This document shows, in pieces, positions 23,552 to 32,738 of a DNA stretch of 64,000 nt. The stretch lies in assembly GCA_041565075.1 (NCBI GenBank), contig JBFGOQ010000001.1, positions 30,340-94,339 on the forward strand, given 5' to 3'. The notes beneath the pieces are model-generated. The model worked only from the letters and a program-made list of their open reading frames with translations, did no database searches and was not told the DNA's origin. The translations under genes were made by a program, and so were the position numbers. The stretch comes from Gammaproteobacteria bacterium. Its GTDB lineage: Bacteria; Pseudomonadota; Gammaproteobacteria; Steroidobacterales; JABDLF01. Within the stretch, counting starts at the first letter, position 1. Every line of letters starts with the position of its first letter.

Positions 23552-26500
23552 TTCGGGCTCGCCATAACCGCCGCCGCCCGGGGTCTCAATAATTATCCTG
23601 TCACCGGCGGCGACATTAGTGCTGGCCGTCGCGCCCAGCGACACGGCTGGTTCGCCTCCGCGTACCAGCGTATTGCGGCCACATTGGCCGGGCCGCCCGC
23701 CGGCCAGTCCGAATGGCGGAATTGTGCGATGCCCGGAGAGGATGGCAGCTTGCATGGGCGCCAGGAATTCGATTTCCCGGTAGGCACCGTTTCCTCCACG
23801 GTGCCGACCGGCACCGCCTGAGCCATGACGCAGTGAGAATTCGTGCACCCTCACAGGGTAGCGCAACTCCAGAATTTCGGGGTCGGTGAGCCGGGAGTTG
23901 GTCATATGGGTTTGCACGGCATCGGCACCATCGTGATCCGGACCGGCGCCGGCGCCGCCGGCTATCGTTTCGTAGTACTGGCGCCGCGCATCACCAAAGG
24001 TGAGATTGTTCATCGTGCCTTGTGCGGCCGCCATTATGCCCAGGGCACCAAACAATGCATTGGTAATTGCCTGGGATGTTTCGACATTGCCGGCGGCTAC
24101 CGCGGCCGGCGGGCGTGGGTTCAGTATGCTGCCTTCGGGTACTTTGATGCGGATGGGTTTGAGGCACCCGGCATTCAGTGGAATCGGCGCGTCGACGAGG
24201 CAGCGAAACACATACAACACGGCTGCTCGGCAGACGGCATACGGCGCATTGAAGTTACCCTTGTGCTGGCGGGAAGTGCCGGCGAAATCAACGCTGGCAG
24301 TCCGTGCTTTTCGGTCGACCCGCACGGCCACGCGAATTACCAGGCCGTTGTCCATCGGATATTCGAATTCGCCATCAGCAAGATTTGACAGCGCGTCACG
24401 CACCGCTTGCTCGGCGTTATCCTGCACATGTTGCAGGTAGGCGCGCAGCACCTCGTCGCCATACTTCCCGACGCTGGCCATGAGCAGGCGTATGCCTTGC
24501 CGGCAGGCGGCCACCTGCGCCTTCAGATCAGCGATGTTCTGCCCCGGATCGCGGGCCGGGTAAGGCGGGCTTGTCAGTGCGGCCTGCAATGCTGCTTCGT
24601 CGAAGTGACCGCGGTGCACAAGTCTGAAATTGCTGAACAGGATGCCTTCCTGCGCGATGTTTTCGCTGTCAGGCGGCATCGAGCCGGGGGTCACGCCGCC
24701 GATATCGGCATGATGGCCGCGGGCTGCGACATAGAAATCGGGTGCCTCCCGGCCGGGTACGAATACCGGGGCGACAACAGTGATATCCGGCAGGTGAGTG
24801 CCGCCGCGATATGGGTCGTTGAGCATGTAAACGTCGCCGTCTTCGAGATCCGGGTTGTCCCGGATGACTGAGCTCACGCTTTCGCCCATGGAGCCCAAAT
24901 GCACCGGCATGTGTGGTGCGTTCGCTACCAGTGCGCCGGCACCGTCAAAGACTGCGCAGGAAAAGTCCAGCCGTTCCTTTATGTTTACCGAACGGGCGGT
25001 GTTTTGCAGCACCAAACCCATTTGCTCTGCGATGTGCATGAACAAGTTGTTGAACACTTCGAGACGGGCGGGATCTGCCTGCGTGTCGCCGGGCCTGAAC
25101 GATGCCTTGTGACCTGTGCGGCTCAACAACAGCTGGTTGCGCGGCGTCACGCGCGCTTGCCAGCCAGGTTCGATAATGGTGGTGGCGCCCTCTTGCAGCA
25201 CCACACCCGGCCCGGACACCGTCATGCCAGGCGCCAGGCTGTTGCGTTCATAGAATGGCGTGGCGCAATGTTGCCCAGCGAAAAATACCGAGCGCGTGGC
25301 AATTGCGACGGGGTCACGGGGCGATGGGTCGTGCAGCCCGGTGTCCTGAAATTCTGCAATTGGCGTTTCAATTTGCGCCAAGACCAGCACACTTTCAATT
25401 ACCAGCTTCTTGTCCGGTGCGGCAAAGCCGAAGCGCGCGAGATGTGCGCTGGTGAACCGGTCGCGCATGCGCTGCGCGTCGGCACGCTCAATGGCCAGGC
25501 TGGTATCGGTGCCGGCGTAGCGCAGCAAAACGGTGACGCTGACCTTGGTGTTCGCATGCTCATCTATACCCTGCGCCGCAAGATCGTCAATTACCTCTTG
25601 GCGGAGCAGCTCTTCGGTTCGCGACAGCAACGCCATTCCCGGCTTATCCAGGTCTCGGCGCAAGGTTCGCTGGCGCAAGCTCGTAACCGGCGCGAGGCCG
25701 ATGCCCCAGGCAGATAACAGGCCCGCGAGGGGATGGATGAGTACCTTGCTGATGCCCAGTTCTTCGGCTACCTGGCAGGCATGCTGCGGGCCCGCGCCGC
25801 CAAAGCAGGCCAGCACGAAATCGCCCAGGTCGTGCCCGCCACTCAGGCTTATATGCTTGATGGCGCCGGCCATGCGTTGCACGGCGATATCCTGGAAGAG
25901 TCTTGCGAGTTGGATGGGCGTGGTAGCGAAACCCGCATCTTGCAGCTCATTCGCTAATGCCGCGAACTTTTGCTTTACCAGTTCGACCTGTAATTGCGAG
26001 TGGCCGTCGGTGCCGAGTACGGCCGGGAAGAAGTCGGGCTGCAGTCGTCCCAGCAGGACGTTGCAATCGGTAACCGTCAGCGGACCACCCAGCCCATAGG
26101 CTGCCGGACCCGGTCTGGCGCCGGCCGAACGCGGTCCCACCTGCAGCCGGCCTTCGCTGAAATGCAAAATGGATCCGCCACCTGCCGCAACCGTATGGAT
26201 CTTCAGCATCGCGGCACGAATGCGTGCACCTGCTACTTCGGTTTCCTCGCTGCGTTCGTAACTGCCACTGAATATGGATACGTCGGTCGAGGTGCCACCC
26301 ATGTCGAAACCGATAACCTGGGAAATGCCCTCTGCAGCGGCGCTCCTGGCCATGCCCACTATGCCGCCGGCGGGCCCGGACAAAATGCTGTCTTTGCCCC
26401 GGAAAGCCCCGGCATCGGTGAGACCGCCACTGCTTTGCATGAACAGGAGGCGGTCGACCGGCGTGATCTGCCGTAGCCTGCTCGTGGTTTCATCGACGTA

Positions 26501-27310
26501 TTCGCGCAGGATGGGATTGAGATAGGCGTCGACCATGGTCGTGTCGCCACGAGCCACCAGTTTGATAAGCGGGTTGAGATCGTGGGAAACCGAGACATTA
26601 CTGAACCCGAGCCTGCGGGCGATGCGGGCGGCGCTTTGCTCGTGTTCAGGAAAGCGGTAAGCATGCATGAACACAATGCCGATTGATTCGATTCCATCAG
26701 CCAGCAATGTGCTCAGGTCATGTTCGAGTGCCGACTCGTCAAGGGGCACAATCACTTCCCCGCCGGCCCCGACGCGCTCACTGGCTTCGATGACTCTGGC
26801 ATACAAAGGCTCACGCAGGCAGATCTGGCGGGCGAACAACAGCGGTCGATTCTGATAGGCAATTCGCAGCGCATCCTTAAAGCCGCGGGTGATCAGCAAA
26901 GCGGCGGGCGCGCCCTGTCTTTCCAGTAAGGCGTTTGTCGCCACCGTTGTGCCCATGCGCAATTCGCTGATTTGCCCCGCACCAACCGGCGTGTTTCCGC
27001 AGATTCCCATAATGTTGCGGATAGCCGTGAGCGTGCTGTCGCGGCGGCTTCCTGCCCGTTCGGATAACAGTTTGCGAGTCACCAGCTCACCACCGGGAGA
27101 CATGCCGATCACGTCCGTAAAAGTGCCGCCACGATCGATCCAGAAGCGCCAGCCACGGGCCGCGTTTGCAGGTACTTTTTGTATCAAGCCGTCGCCCCTG
27201 TGATCACACTCGCCGGTCCCGGCGTCAGTGTAACGCAGGCAAGCCTTGATCGAGGAAGACGCACCCTGTGTTAGCGTAGTCAACGAGCTGCGAGGAATAC
27301 CGATGGACAA
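23540..27310 (-). CDS. Fused hydantoinase A/B-type ATP-dependent 5-oxoprolinase (start codon uncertain; TTG at 27187 is plausible)
   Basis: The ORF is 1256 aa. A HyuA-like N-terminal half (WRFWIDRGGTFTDVIG) and a HyuB-like C-terminal half sit in one polypeptide, as in OPLAH-type oxoprolinases. The ATG at 27310 would overlap the divergent symporter start at 27303. Confidence 0.8.
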   Translation of the reverse strand: MSIGIPRSSLTTLTQGASSSIKACLRYTDAGTGECDHRGDGLIQKVPANAARGWRFWIDRGGTFTDVIGMSPGGELVTRKLLSERAGSRRDSTLTAIRNIMGICGNTPVGAGQISELRMGTTVATNALLERQGAPAALLITRGFKDALRIAYQNRPLLFARQICLREPLYARVIEASERVGAGGEVIVPLDESALEHDLSTLLADGIESIGIVFMHAYRFPEHEQSAARIARRLGFSNVSVSHDLNPLIKLVARGDTTMVDAYLNPILREYVDETTSRLRQITPVDRLLFMQSSGGLTDAGAFRGKDSILSGPAGGIVGMARSAAAEGISQVIGFDMGGTSTDVSIFSGSYERSEETEVAGARIRAAMLKIHTVAAGGGSILHFSEGRLQVGPRSAGARPGPAAYGLGGPLTVTDCNVLLGRLQPDFFPAVLGTDGHSQLQVELVKQKFAALANELQDAGFATTPIQLARLFQDIAVQRMAGAIKHISLSGGHDLGDFVLACFGGAGPQHACQVAEELGISKVLIHPLAGLLSAWGIGLAPVTSLRQRTLRRDLDKPGMALLSRTEELLRQEVIDDLAAQGIDEHANTKVSVTVLLRYAGTDTSLAIERADAQRMRDRFTSAHLARFGFAAPDKKLVIESVLVLAQIETPIAEFQDTGLHDPSPRDPVAIATRSVFFAGQHCATPFYERNSLAPGMTVSGPGVVLQEGATTIIEPGWQARVTPRNQLLLSRTGHKASFRPGDTQADPARLEVFNNLFMHIAEQMGLVLQNTARSVNIKERLDFSCAVFDGAGALVANAPHMPVHLGSMGESVSSVIRDNPDLEDGDVYMLNDPYRGGTHLPDITVVAPVFVPGREAPDFYVAARGHHADIGGVTPGSMPPDSENIAQEGILFSNFRLVHRGHFDEAALQAALTSPPYPARDPGQNIADLKAQVAACRQGIRLLMASVGKYGDEVLRAYLQHVQDNAEQAVRDALSNLADGEFEYPMDNGLVIRVAVRVDRKARTASVDFAGTSRQHKGNFNAPYAVCRAAVLYVFRCLVDAPIPLNAGCLKPIRIKVPEGSILNPRPPAAVAAGNVETSQAITNALFGALGIMAAAQGTMNNLTFGDARRQYYETIAGGAGAGPDHDGADAVQTHMTNSRLTDPEILELRYPVRVHEFSLRHGSGGAGRHRGGNGAYREIEFLAPMQAAILSGHRTIPPFGLAGGRPGQCGRNTLVRGGEPAVSLGATASTNVAAGDRIIIETPGGGGYGEPESEK

Positions 27311-28718
27311 GACCCTGGCAATTTTACTGACGCTTATCGCTTATAAGGTCGTGCTGGTTATGATCGGTTTCTGGGCAAGTCGGCGCACGCATGACAACGC
27401 AGATTTTTTTCTGGGAGGCCGGCGCCTGGGACCGCTGGTCGCGGCCATCAGCGCATCCGCCAGCTCATCATCTGCCTGGACCTTGCTCGGTGTCAGCGGC
27501 GCTGCTTTTGCCATGGGATTGCCCGCACTTTGGCTGTTTCCTGCCACCGTATCCGGCTTTCTCATCAACTGGTTTTTTATCGCACCGCGCCTGATGCGTC
27601 AGAGTCGCGCAGACCAATCGGTGACCGTAACCGATGTGATCAGTGGCTCCAGGGCGAGCCCGCTTTACCCGCTGATCGTGCGCACCGCCAGCCTCATTAT
27701 TCTTTTTTCTTTCATATTCTATATCGCCGCCCAGTTTCAGGCGGCCGGCGATGCGTTTGCCAGCACTTTCGGTATGCCAATCGAAGCGGCTGTCCTGACG
27801 GGCGCCCTGATTATTCTGGTGTACACGCTGCTTGGTGGTTTCTGGGCGGTAAGTGTTACCGATACTCTGCAGGGTCTGCTGATGGCGCTGACCGCCGTGG
27901 TATTGCCGGTGATTGCACTGATAGCCGCCGGAGGCTTCACCGCGCTGGGCAGTGGGCTGCTGCTCGTGAGCATGCCGCACGAACTGAATGCCACTGGTAT
28001 ACATGTCGGCATCGCCGGGTTTGGTTTTGTACTTGGCACCCTCGGCATCGGGCTGGGTTACCCGGGCCAACCCCATGTGATCAATCGCTTCATGGCGCTG
28101 CGTGACGAGCAAGCCTTGCGCCGGGCGCGGCTGATTGCCGTGGCATGGGCCAGCATTGTGTACGCGGGGATGTTGTTGCTGGGTCTTTGCGCGCGCGTGC
28201 TGACCCTGGAAGCCGGCAGTTCGGGTGAACAGGTCCTGTATGCAGCGGCCAACACGCTCTTGCCGCCGGTGCTGGCGGGCATCATGATCGCGGCGGTGCT
28301 GTCGGCGATCATGTCCACGGCTGACAGCCAGTTATTGGTGGCTGCTTCGGCGGTTTCCCATGACCTGGGCAGACTCAGGCATGCAAACACCCCGAGGGTT
28401 GCCATGTCGCGCTGGGTTGTGGCGGGCGTCTGCACTTTGGCGGTGCTGCTCGCAATTTACGCGCCTGACAGGATCTTTACCCGGGTCTTGTTTGCGTGGC
28501 ACGCAGTGGGCTCGGCATTCGGACCCCTGGTTTTGATGAAGGTGCTCGGTCGTGAGGTCGACAGCAGGGCCATACTCGCCTGCCTGGTAACAGGCTTCGG
28601 TCTGACCGTCGTATTGCATGCCCAGCCCAACGCGCCCGGCGATGTGACTGAGCGTTTGCTGCCGCTGGTGCTTGGATTGCTTATCGCCTGGGCCGGTTCA
28701 CGCCGGTCACGCTCGTGA
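27303..28718 (+). CDS. Sodium:solute symporter family transporter (PutP-like)
   Basis: MDKTLAILLTLIAYKVVLVMIGFWASRRTHDNADFFLGGRRLGPLVAAISASASSSSAWTLLG matches the SSS N-terminal signature. The protein is polytopic throughout. Confidence 0.8.
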   Translation: MDKTLAILLTLIAYKVVLVMIGFWASRRTHDNADFFLGGRRLGPLVAAISASASSSSAWTLLGVSGAAFAMGLPALWLFPATVSGFLINWFFIAPRLMRQSRADQSVTVTDVISGSRASPLYPLIVRTASLIILFSFIFYIAAQFQAAGDAFASTFGMPIEAAVLTGALIILVYTLLGGFWAVSVTDTLQGLLMALTAVVLPVIALIAAGGFTALGSGLLLVSMPHELNATGIHVGIAGFGFVLGTLGIGLGYPGQPHVINRFMALRDEQALRRARLIAVAWASIVYAGMLLLGLCARVLTLEAGSSGEQVLYAAANTLLPPVLAGIMIAAVLSAIMSTADSQLLVAASAVSHDLGRLRHANTPRVAMSRWVVAGVCTLAVLLAIYAPDRIFTRVLFAWHAVGSAFGPLVLMKVLGREVDSRAILACLVTGFGLTVVLHAQPNAPGDVTERLLPLVLGLLIAWAGSRRSRS

Positions 28719-29615
28719 AGAATAGCGGTTGAAGGCAGTAATCGTGTCCATGGGCAGCTTGGGCAGGCGCCCACCAAAAACTTCCTGGCGCAGGTACGCG
28801 AGTTCAAGTTCCAGGTCAGACTCATCGACGTCGCAATACCAGGCCTTGGGGCGCCCGTCGTCGCCGGCGTTCCAGCGATAGTGGCGTACTTTCAGCTTGT
28901 CTTTGGCATCGAATGGACTGCCCTCGGCCCAGATCCGGATGGTTTTCCTGCGCGCATTGGCCAGCAATGAGGCCAGCGCCAGTCCGCCGCTTTCAGGTAA
29001 TTCCTGAGCGAGCAGATGTATGCCGGCCAGGCAGTCACCCGTGGCGCGGTGTGCGTCGTAGAAAAAACCATACCTGTAGGCAAGATATTCGAGCTTGGCG
29101 CCTTCCAGGCCCTCGTCCCGCCAGGGCACTTCCGCCATGGAGCAGCCCCAGGCCTTACTGGCGAACAGCGGGTGAATCTGTTCCGCGAAAGGACGGTCGA
29201 ATCCAGCGTTGTGCGCGACCACCAGGTGTGCCGGCGTGACGATATCTTCGATCCGCGCCGTATCAAGAGCCTTGCCCGAGACCATCTGGTCCGTAATGCC
29301 GGTGAGGCGCGTAATTTCAGGTGTGATTGGCACGCCCGGGTCACGCAGTGCGTCGTAGCCTTTATACAATCGAAAAATCCGCCCGTCCGGCGCGAAATCG
29401 AACGGCACGAGCGCCAGTTCGATAACCTGGTCGGTGGCAGAATCCAGGCCAGTGGTTTCGACATCAAGGAAAATACCACGCCGCATTTCGCCGCTTTCTT
29501 CAAGGGCAGTATCGGGTTCGTTGTAGTAAGAAATTTCCGGCAGGCGTCTGATGACACGATAGTTCTGGTCGCGTTCGAGCGTCAGCGCCAGCGTTTCGAG
29601 GTCCTGGTCGGTCAT
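28707..29615 (-). CDS. DEDDh-type 3'-5' exonuclease domain protein with a C-terminal extension
   Basis: The three exonuclease motifs are ExoI FLDVETTGLD, ExoII VVAHNAGFDRPF and ExoIII HRATGDCLA. The likely start is MTDQDLETL (29615). Confidence 0.75.
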   Translation of the reverse strand: MTDQDLETLALTLERDQNYRVIRRLPEISYYNEPDTALEESGEMRRGIFLDVETTGLDSATDQVIELALVPFDFAPDGRIFRLYKGYDALRDPGVPITPEITRLTGITDQMVSGKALDTARIEDIVTPAHLVVAHNAGFDRPFAEQIHPLFASKAWGCSMAEVPWRDEGLEGAKLEYLAYRYGFFYDAHRATGDCLAGIHLLAQELPESGGLALASLLANARRKTIRIWAEGSPFDAKDKLKVRHYRWNAGDDGRPKAWYCDVDESDLELELAYLRQEVFGGRLPKLPMDTITAFNRYSSRA

Positions 29616-29629
29616 TTTGTATGCAGATT

Positions 29630-30250
29630 TCAGATCACAAACGGGATAAACAACCAACTGCGCGCGCGATAATCGCTAAACTCCGGGTAGCGTGAAAGGG
29701 AGCGATCTTTACGCAGCATGTTGGGTACCCAGTAAGCGATTATGAAAAGGCCCAGCACGACAAAGGGCAGCCAATGCATCGCAAGTAGCGCGAACGCGAC
29801 GTATATCAGCAGCTCGCCGAGATAGTTCGGGTTGCGCGACCGGGCCCATAATCCGTCGCTGAGCAGGTGGCCCGGTCGTAATGCCAGCGACATGTGCTTT
29901 TGCATGTCGGCGCAGAAATGCAGGAATACGCCAAAGGCGAAACTGGCAACCGCCAGAGCCAGCAGCCAGCCGGGGGCCTGCACACCGTGTATAACAATGA
30001 TCCAGGGTGCGATCCAGTACAGGCTCAGGCCCAGCCAGATGATCAGCCCGCGCATGATCGAACAGTCTTTTTCCCATGACTTATCCGCAAACAGGCGACT
30101 TTTCAACACCCACATGAGGCCGTAACTGCCGTGCAAGGCCAGGTAGATCAGGGCGGTGGCGTTTTGCCAGGCGTCCTGCCAATAGATCAGAGCAACGATA
30201 AACAGACCGGTTACGCCCTTGTGGCTATCGATGAAATTTTTTTCGCGCAT
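29630..30250 (-). CDS. DUF1295 / isoprenylcysteine-carboxyl-methyltransferase-like membrane protein
   Basis: The protein is polytopic and carries the signature SRNPNYLGELLIYVAF. The likely start is MREKNFIDSHKG (30250). The track ORF's 68-aa Arg/Pro-rich leader would overlap the divergent sheath gene. Confidence 0.65.
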   Translation of the reverse strand: MREKNFIDSHKGVTGLFIVALIYWQDAWQNATALIYLALHGSYGLMWVLKSRLFADKSWEKDCSIMRGLIIWLGLSLYWIAPWIIVIHGVQAPGWLLALAVASFAFGVFLHFCADMQKHMSLALRPGHLLSDGLWARSRNPNYLGELLIYVAFALLAMHWLPFVVLGLFIIAYWVPNMLRKDRSLSRYPEFSDYRARSWLFIPFVI

Positions 30251-30372
30251 GCCAAAGCCTCCGGCCGGCTGGTTTTGGATTGTAACCGTATTTATGCCGC
30301 CCAAGGCTCGTACCGGTGGGGCTTTGGGTTTACACTGTCGGCATACGCCCCGGGGGCAAGAGCGGAGTAGCT

Positions 30373-31953
30373 GTGTCCGAGCTGGAGGATACCGGCATTT
30401 ATGTGGCGGTAGGGGCTGGTGAAGCCGAATCGATCCCGATGGCTCCCACCTCAATTACCGCATTCGTCGGTCGCGCCCGTCGCGGCCCGGTCAACTTTCC
30501 CCTGACCATCGACAGTTTCGACGAATTCGAGCGCCTTTTCGGCAGTCTGTGGATGCCGAGTACGATGAGCTATGCAGTGCGCCATTTCTTTCTGAACGGT
30601 GGCCGCCAGGCAATCATCGTGCGGGTCATCAATGGCGGCCGGCATAACACCATCCAACTGCCGGCCGGCCACGACGTACTTGTGCTCGCTGCCCGGCACC
30701 CGGGCACCGGGGAGGTGCTGCGCGCCGCAGTCGACTACGACAACATCCCGGAAAAATCCAACAGCTTTAATCTTACGATTCAACGGGTGCGCGGCGTCGG
30801 TTCCACGATTGTGGAAGACCAGGAGATTGTCAATCGTGTTTCCATGCGTGCTGAGTCGCAACGCTTCGTCACTGATGTGCTGCATGACTCCAACCTGGTC
30901 CGCGTGCGTGATGGGGTGCCGACAGCGCGGCCGGAGCCCACCGCCAATTCCGGCCATGGCGAGCAGCGTGGCTACGTGACGTCGGCCAGCGATGGTGATG
31001 ATGGCCGTCCTCTTTCCGACAATGACATTATTGGTTCGGAGCGCGAGCAAACCGGGCTGCATGCTCTGAAGACGGGGCCACGCTTCAATCTCCTGTGCAT
31101 TCCGCCGCTGTCACGAAACCATGACCTGGGATTCGCGGCCATGCGCTTCGCGGCCGAATTCTGCCGCCGCAACAAGGCCCTGTATGTGGCTGATCCGCCG
31201 TCGATCTGGCGCTCGCCGGATGACGCCATAGCCGGTTTGAGCGATCTGGGTCTCAGCAATGAGAACGCGGCACTGTTCTACCCACGGCTTATCATGGACG
31301 ACGAGGCCCAGGGTGGCCGCTCGGAGTTTGCCCCCTGTGGCACGGTTGCGGGCCTGCTGGCGCGCTGCGACGAAAATGCCGGGCCCTGGGAAAGCCCTGG
31401 CTTGAGCCATGCACCGCTGCGTGGCGTGCGTAGATTTGCGGATGAAGTCGATGACTACGAATGCGAGAGCCTGATAGCGAGCGGGATCAATTGCCTGCGC
31501 GCCCATGGGCGCAGCATCCGGGTGCTGGAGGGCGATCGCACCCTGGGCGGTGCCGATTGCCCGGCGCCGGAATGGCGCAGTCTTTCTAAGCGGCGTTTTG
31601 CAATGATGGTCATCGACAGCGTGCGGGAAGGCACCGGATGGGCAGCATTTGAAAAGAACGATTCCGAATTGTGGTACCGGCTGCAGGGCAAGGTCGAAGA
31701 ATTTCTCATGCGCTGCCATGCACTGGGTGCCTTTGGCAACCTCAAACAAAGCCAGGCATGGTTTGTGAAGTGTGACCGCGAGACCACCACCGAGGAGGAC
31801 CGCCGCAAAGGTCGTGTCAACGTGGTGGTGGGTCTGGCGCAAGATCGGCCGTCGGATTTTCTGGTGATTAATATCAGTCAGCCGGTGCAGCCATTGACAG
31901 ACGAGGATGCGTTCGCCGAAGCCAGCCTGGCCAGTTATGATGCGCTCGCCTGA
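30373..31953 (+). CDS. Contractile-tail sheath family protein (phage / eCIS sheath homologue), orphan
   Basis: The N-terminus reads TGIYVAVGAGEAESIPMAPTSITAFVGRARRGPVNFPLTIDSFDEFERLFG. The mid-region reads FNLLCIP...ALYVADPP...AALFYPRL. The C-terminus reads GINCLRAHGRSIRVLEGDRTLGG...WRSLSKRRFAMMVIDSVREGTGWAAFEKNDSELWYRLQGKVEEFL...AWFVKCDRETTTEED..GRVNVVVGLAQDRPSDFLVINISQ. Together these are the canonical sheath signature blocks. A GTG start at 30373 follows GGAG (30364..30367). Confidence 0.8.
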   Translation: MSELEDTGIYVAVGAGEAESIPMAPTSITAFVGRARRGPVNFPLTIDSFDEFERLFGSLWMPSTMSYAVRHFFLNGGRQAIIVRVINGGRHNTIQLPAGHDVLVLAARHPGTGEVLRAAVDYDNIPEKSNSFNLTIQRVRGVGSTIVEDQEIVNRVSMRAESQRFVTDVLHDSNLVRVRDGVPTARPEPTANSGHGEQRGYVTSASDGDDGRPLSDNDIIGSEREQTGLHALKTGPRFNLLCIPPLSRNHDLGFAAMRFAAEFCRRNKALYVADPPSIWRSPDDAIAGLSDLGLSNENAALFYPRLIMDDEAQGGRSEFAPCGTVAGLLARCDENAGPWESPGLSHAPLRGVRRFADEVDDYECESLIASGINCLRAHGRSIRVLEGDRTLGGADCPAPEWRSLSKRRFAMMVIDSVREGTGWAAFEKNDSELWYRLQGKVEEFLMRCHALGAFGNLKQSQAWFVKCDRETTTEEDRRKGRVNVVVGLAQDRPSDFLVINISQPVQPLTDEDAFAEASLASYDALA

Positions 31954-31971
31954 GTAAATTACCAGTACCCC

Positions 31972-32727
31972 ATGTCCGACGAACCTCTGATCGCAGTATT
32001 TATAGACTTCGAAAATCTCGCGCTTGGCGCGCGCGATATGAAGGAAGACAAGTTTCGCATTGATTTAGTGCTGAAGAGGCTGCTCGAGAAAGGGCGGCTG
32101 GTTTACAAGCGGGCGTATTGTGATTGGAGCAACTATCGTACTGCCGTGCGTGAGTTTCACCGTAACGGCATAGAGATGATTGATATCCCACAAACCAAAT
32201 TGAGTGGCAAGAACAGCGCGGACATCCGCATGGTGGTGGATGCGCTGGACCTGTGTTACGCAAAGGATCACATCGATATTTTTGCGCTGGTCTCGGGCGA
32301 CAGTGATTTTTCCCCGCTGGTATCCAAGCTCAAGGAAAATGACAAGCGCGTCATTGGCTGTGGCGTCAAGAGTTCCACTTCGGATCTGCTGATCGCCAAC
32401 TGCGATGAATTCATCTATTACGATGACCTGATCAGGAAAGCACGCAAGAAATCGCCCTCGCGCAGAAAGCAAGGCCGTAAGAAAACCAAGAAAGACGAAG
32501 CGCTGGAAATGCTGCTGGGCATCGTTAACTCGCTTGATTCCGACTACGATCCGGTGTGGGGTTCGCTGGTCAAGCAGACTTTGCGCCGGGTTTATCCGGG
32601 GTTTGACGAGACCTATTATGGCTACCGGAATTTTTCGGACATGCTTGAAGATGCCTCTGGCAAGAAACTGCTTGAACTGGAATATGACGAGCAGCGCGGC
32701 AATTACAAGGTTCGTACGGGTCTCTGA
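31972..32727 (+). CDS. NYN (LabA/PIN-like) ribonuclease domain protein with a C-terminal OST-HTH/LOTUS domain
   Basis: The NYN blocks are IAVFIDFENL, YCDWSN, GKNSADIRMVVDAL and FALVSGDSDFSPLVSKLKE. A Lys/Arg-rich linker follows. The C-terminal LOTUS-like segment reads VWGSLVKQTLRRVYPGFDETYYGYRNFSDMLED. Confidence 0.8.
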   Translation: MSDEPLIAVFIDFENLALGARDMKEDKFRIDLVLKRLLEKGRLVYKRAYCDWSNYRTAVREFHRNGIEMIDIPQTKLSGKNSADIRMVVDALDLCYAKDHIDIFALVSGDSDFSPLVSKLKENDKRVIGCGVKSSTSDLLIANCDEFIYYDDLIRKARKKSPSRRKQGRKKTKKDEALEMLLGIVNSLDSDYDPVWGSLVKQTLRRVYPGFDETYYGYRNFSDMLEDASGKKLLELEYDEQRGNYKVRTGL

Positions 32728-32738
32728 GGGCGGCAGCA

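Noticed and set aside
27199-27208. TGTGATCACA palindrome near the oxoprolinase/symporter divergent region.
   Set aside because: It has the same half-sites as the CRP-type boxes but zero spacer, which is incompatible with CRP-family dimer geometry. It may lie inside coding sequence, depending on the true oxoprolinase start. It is probably coincidental.
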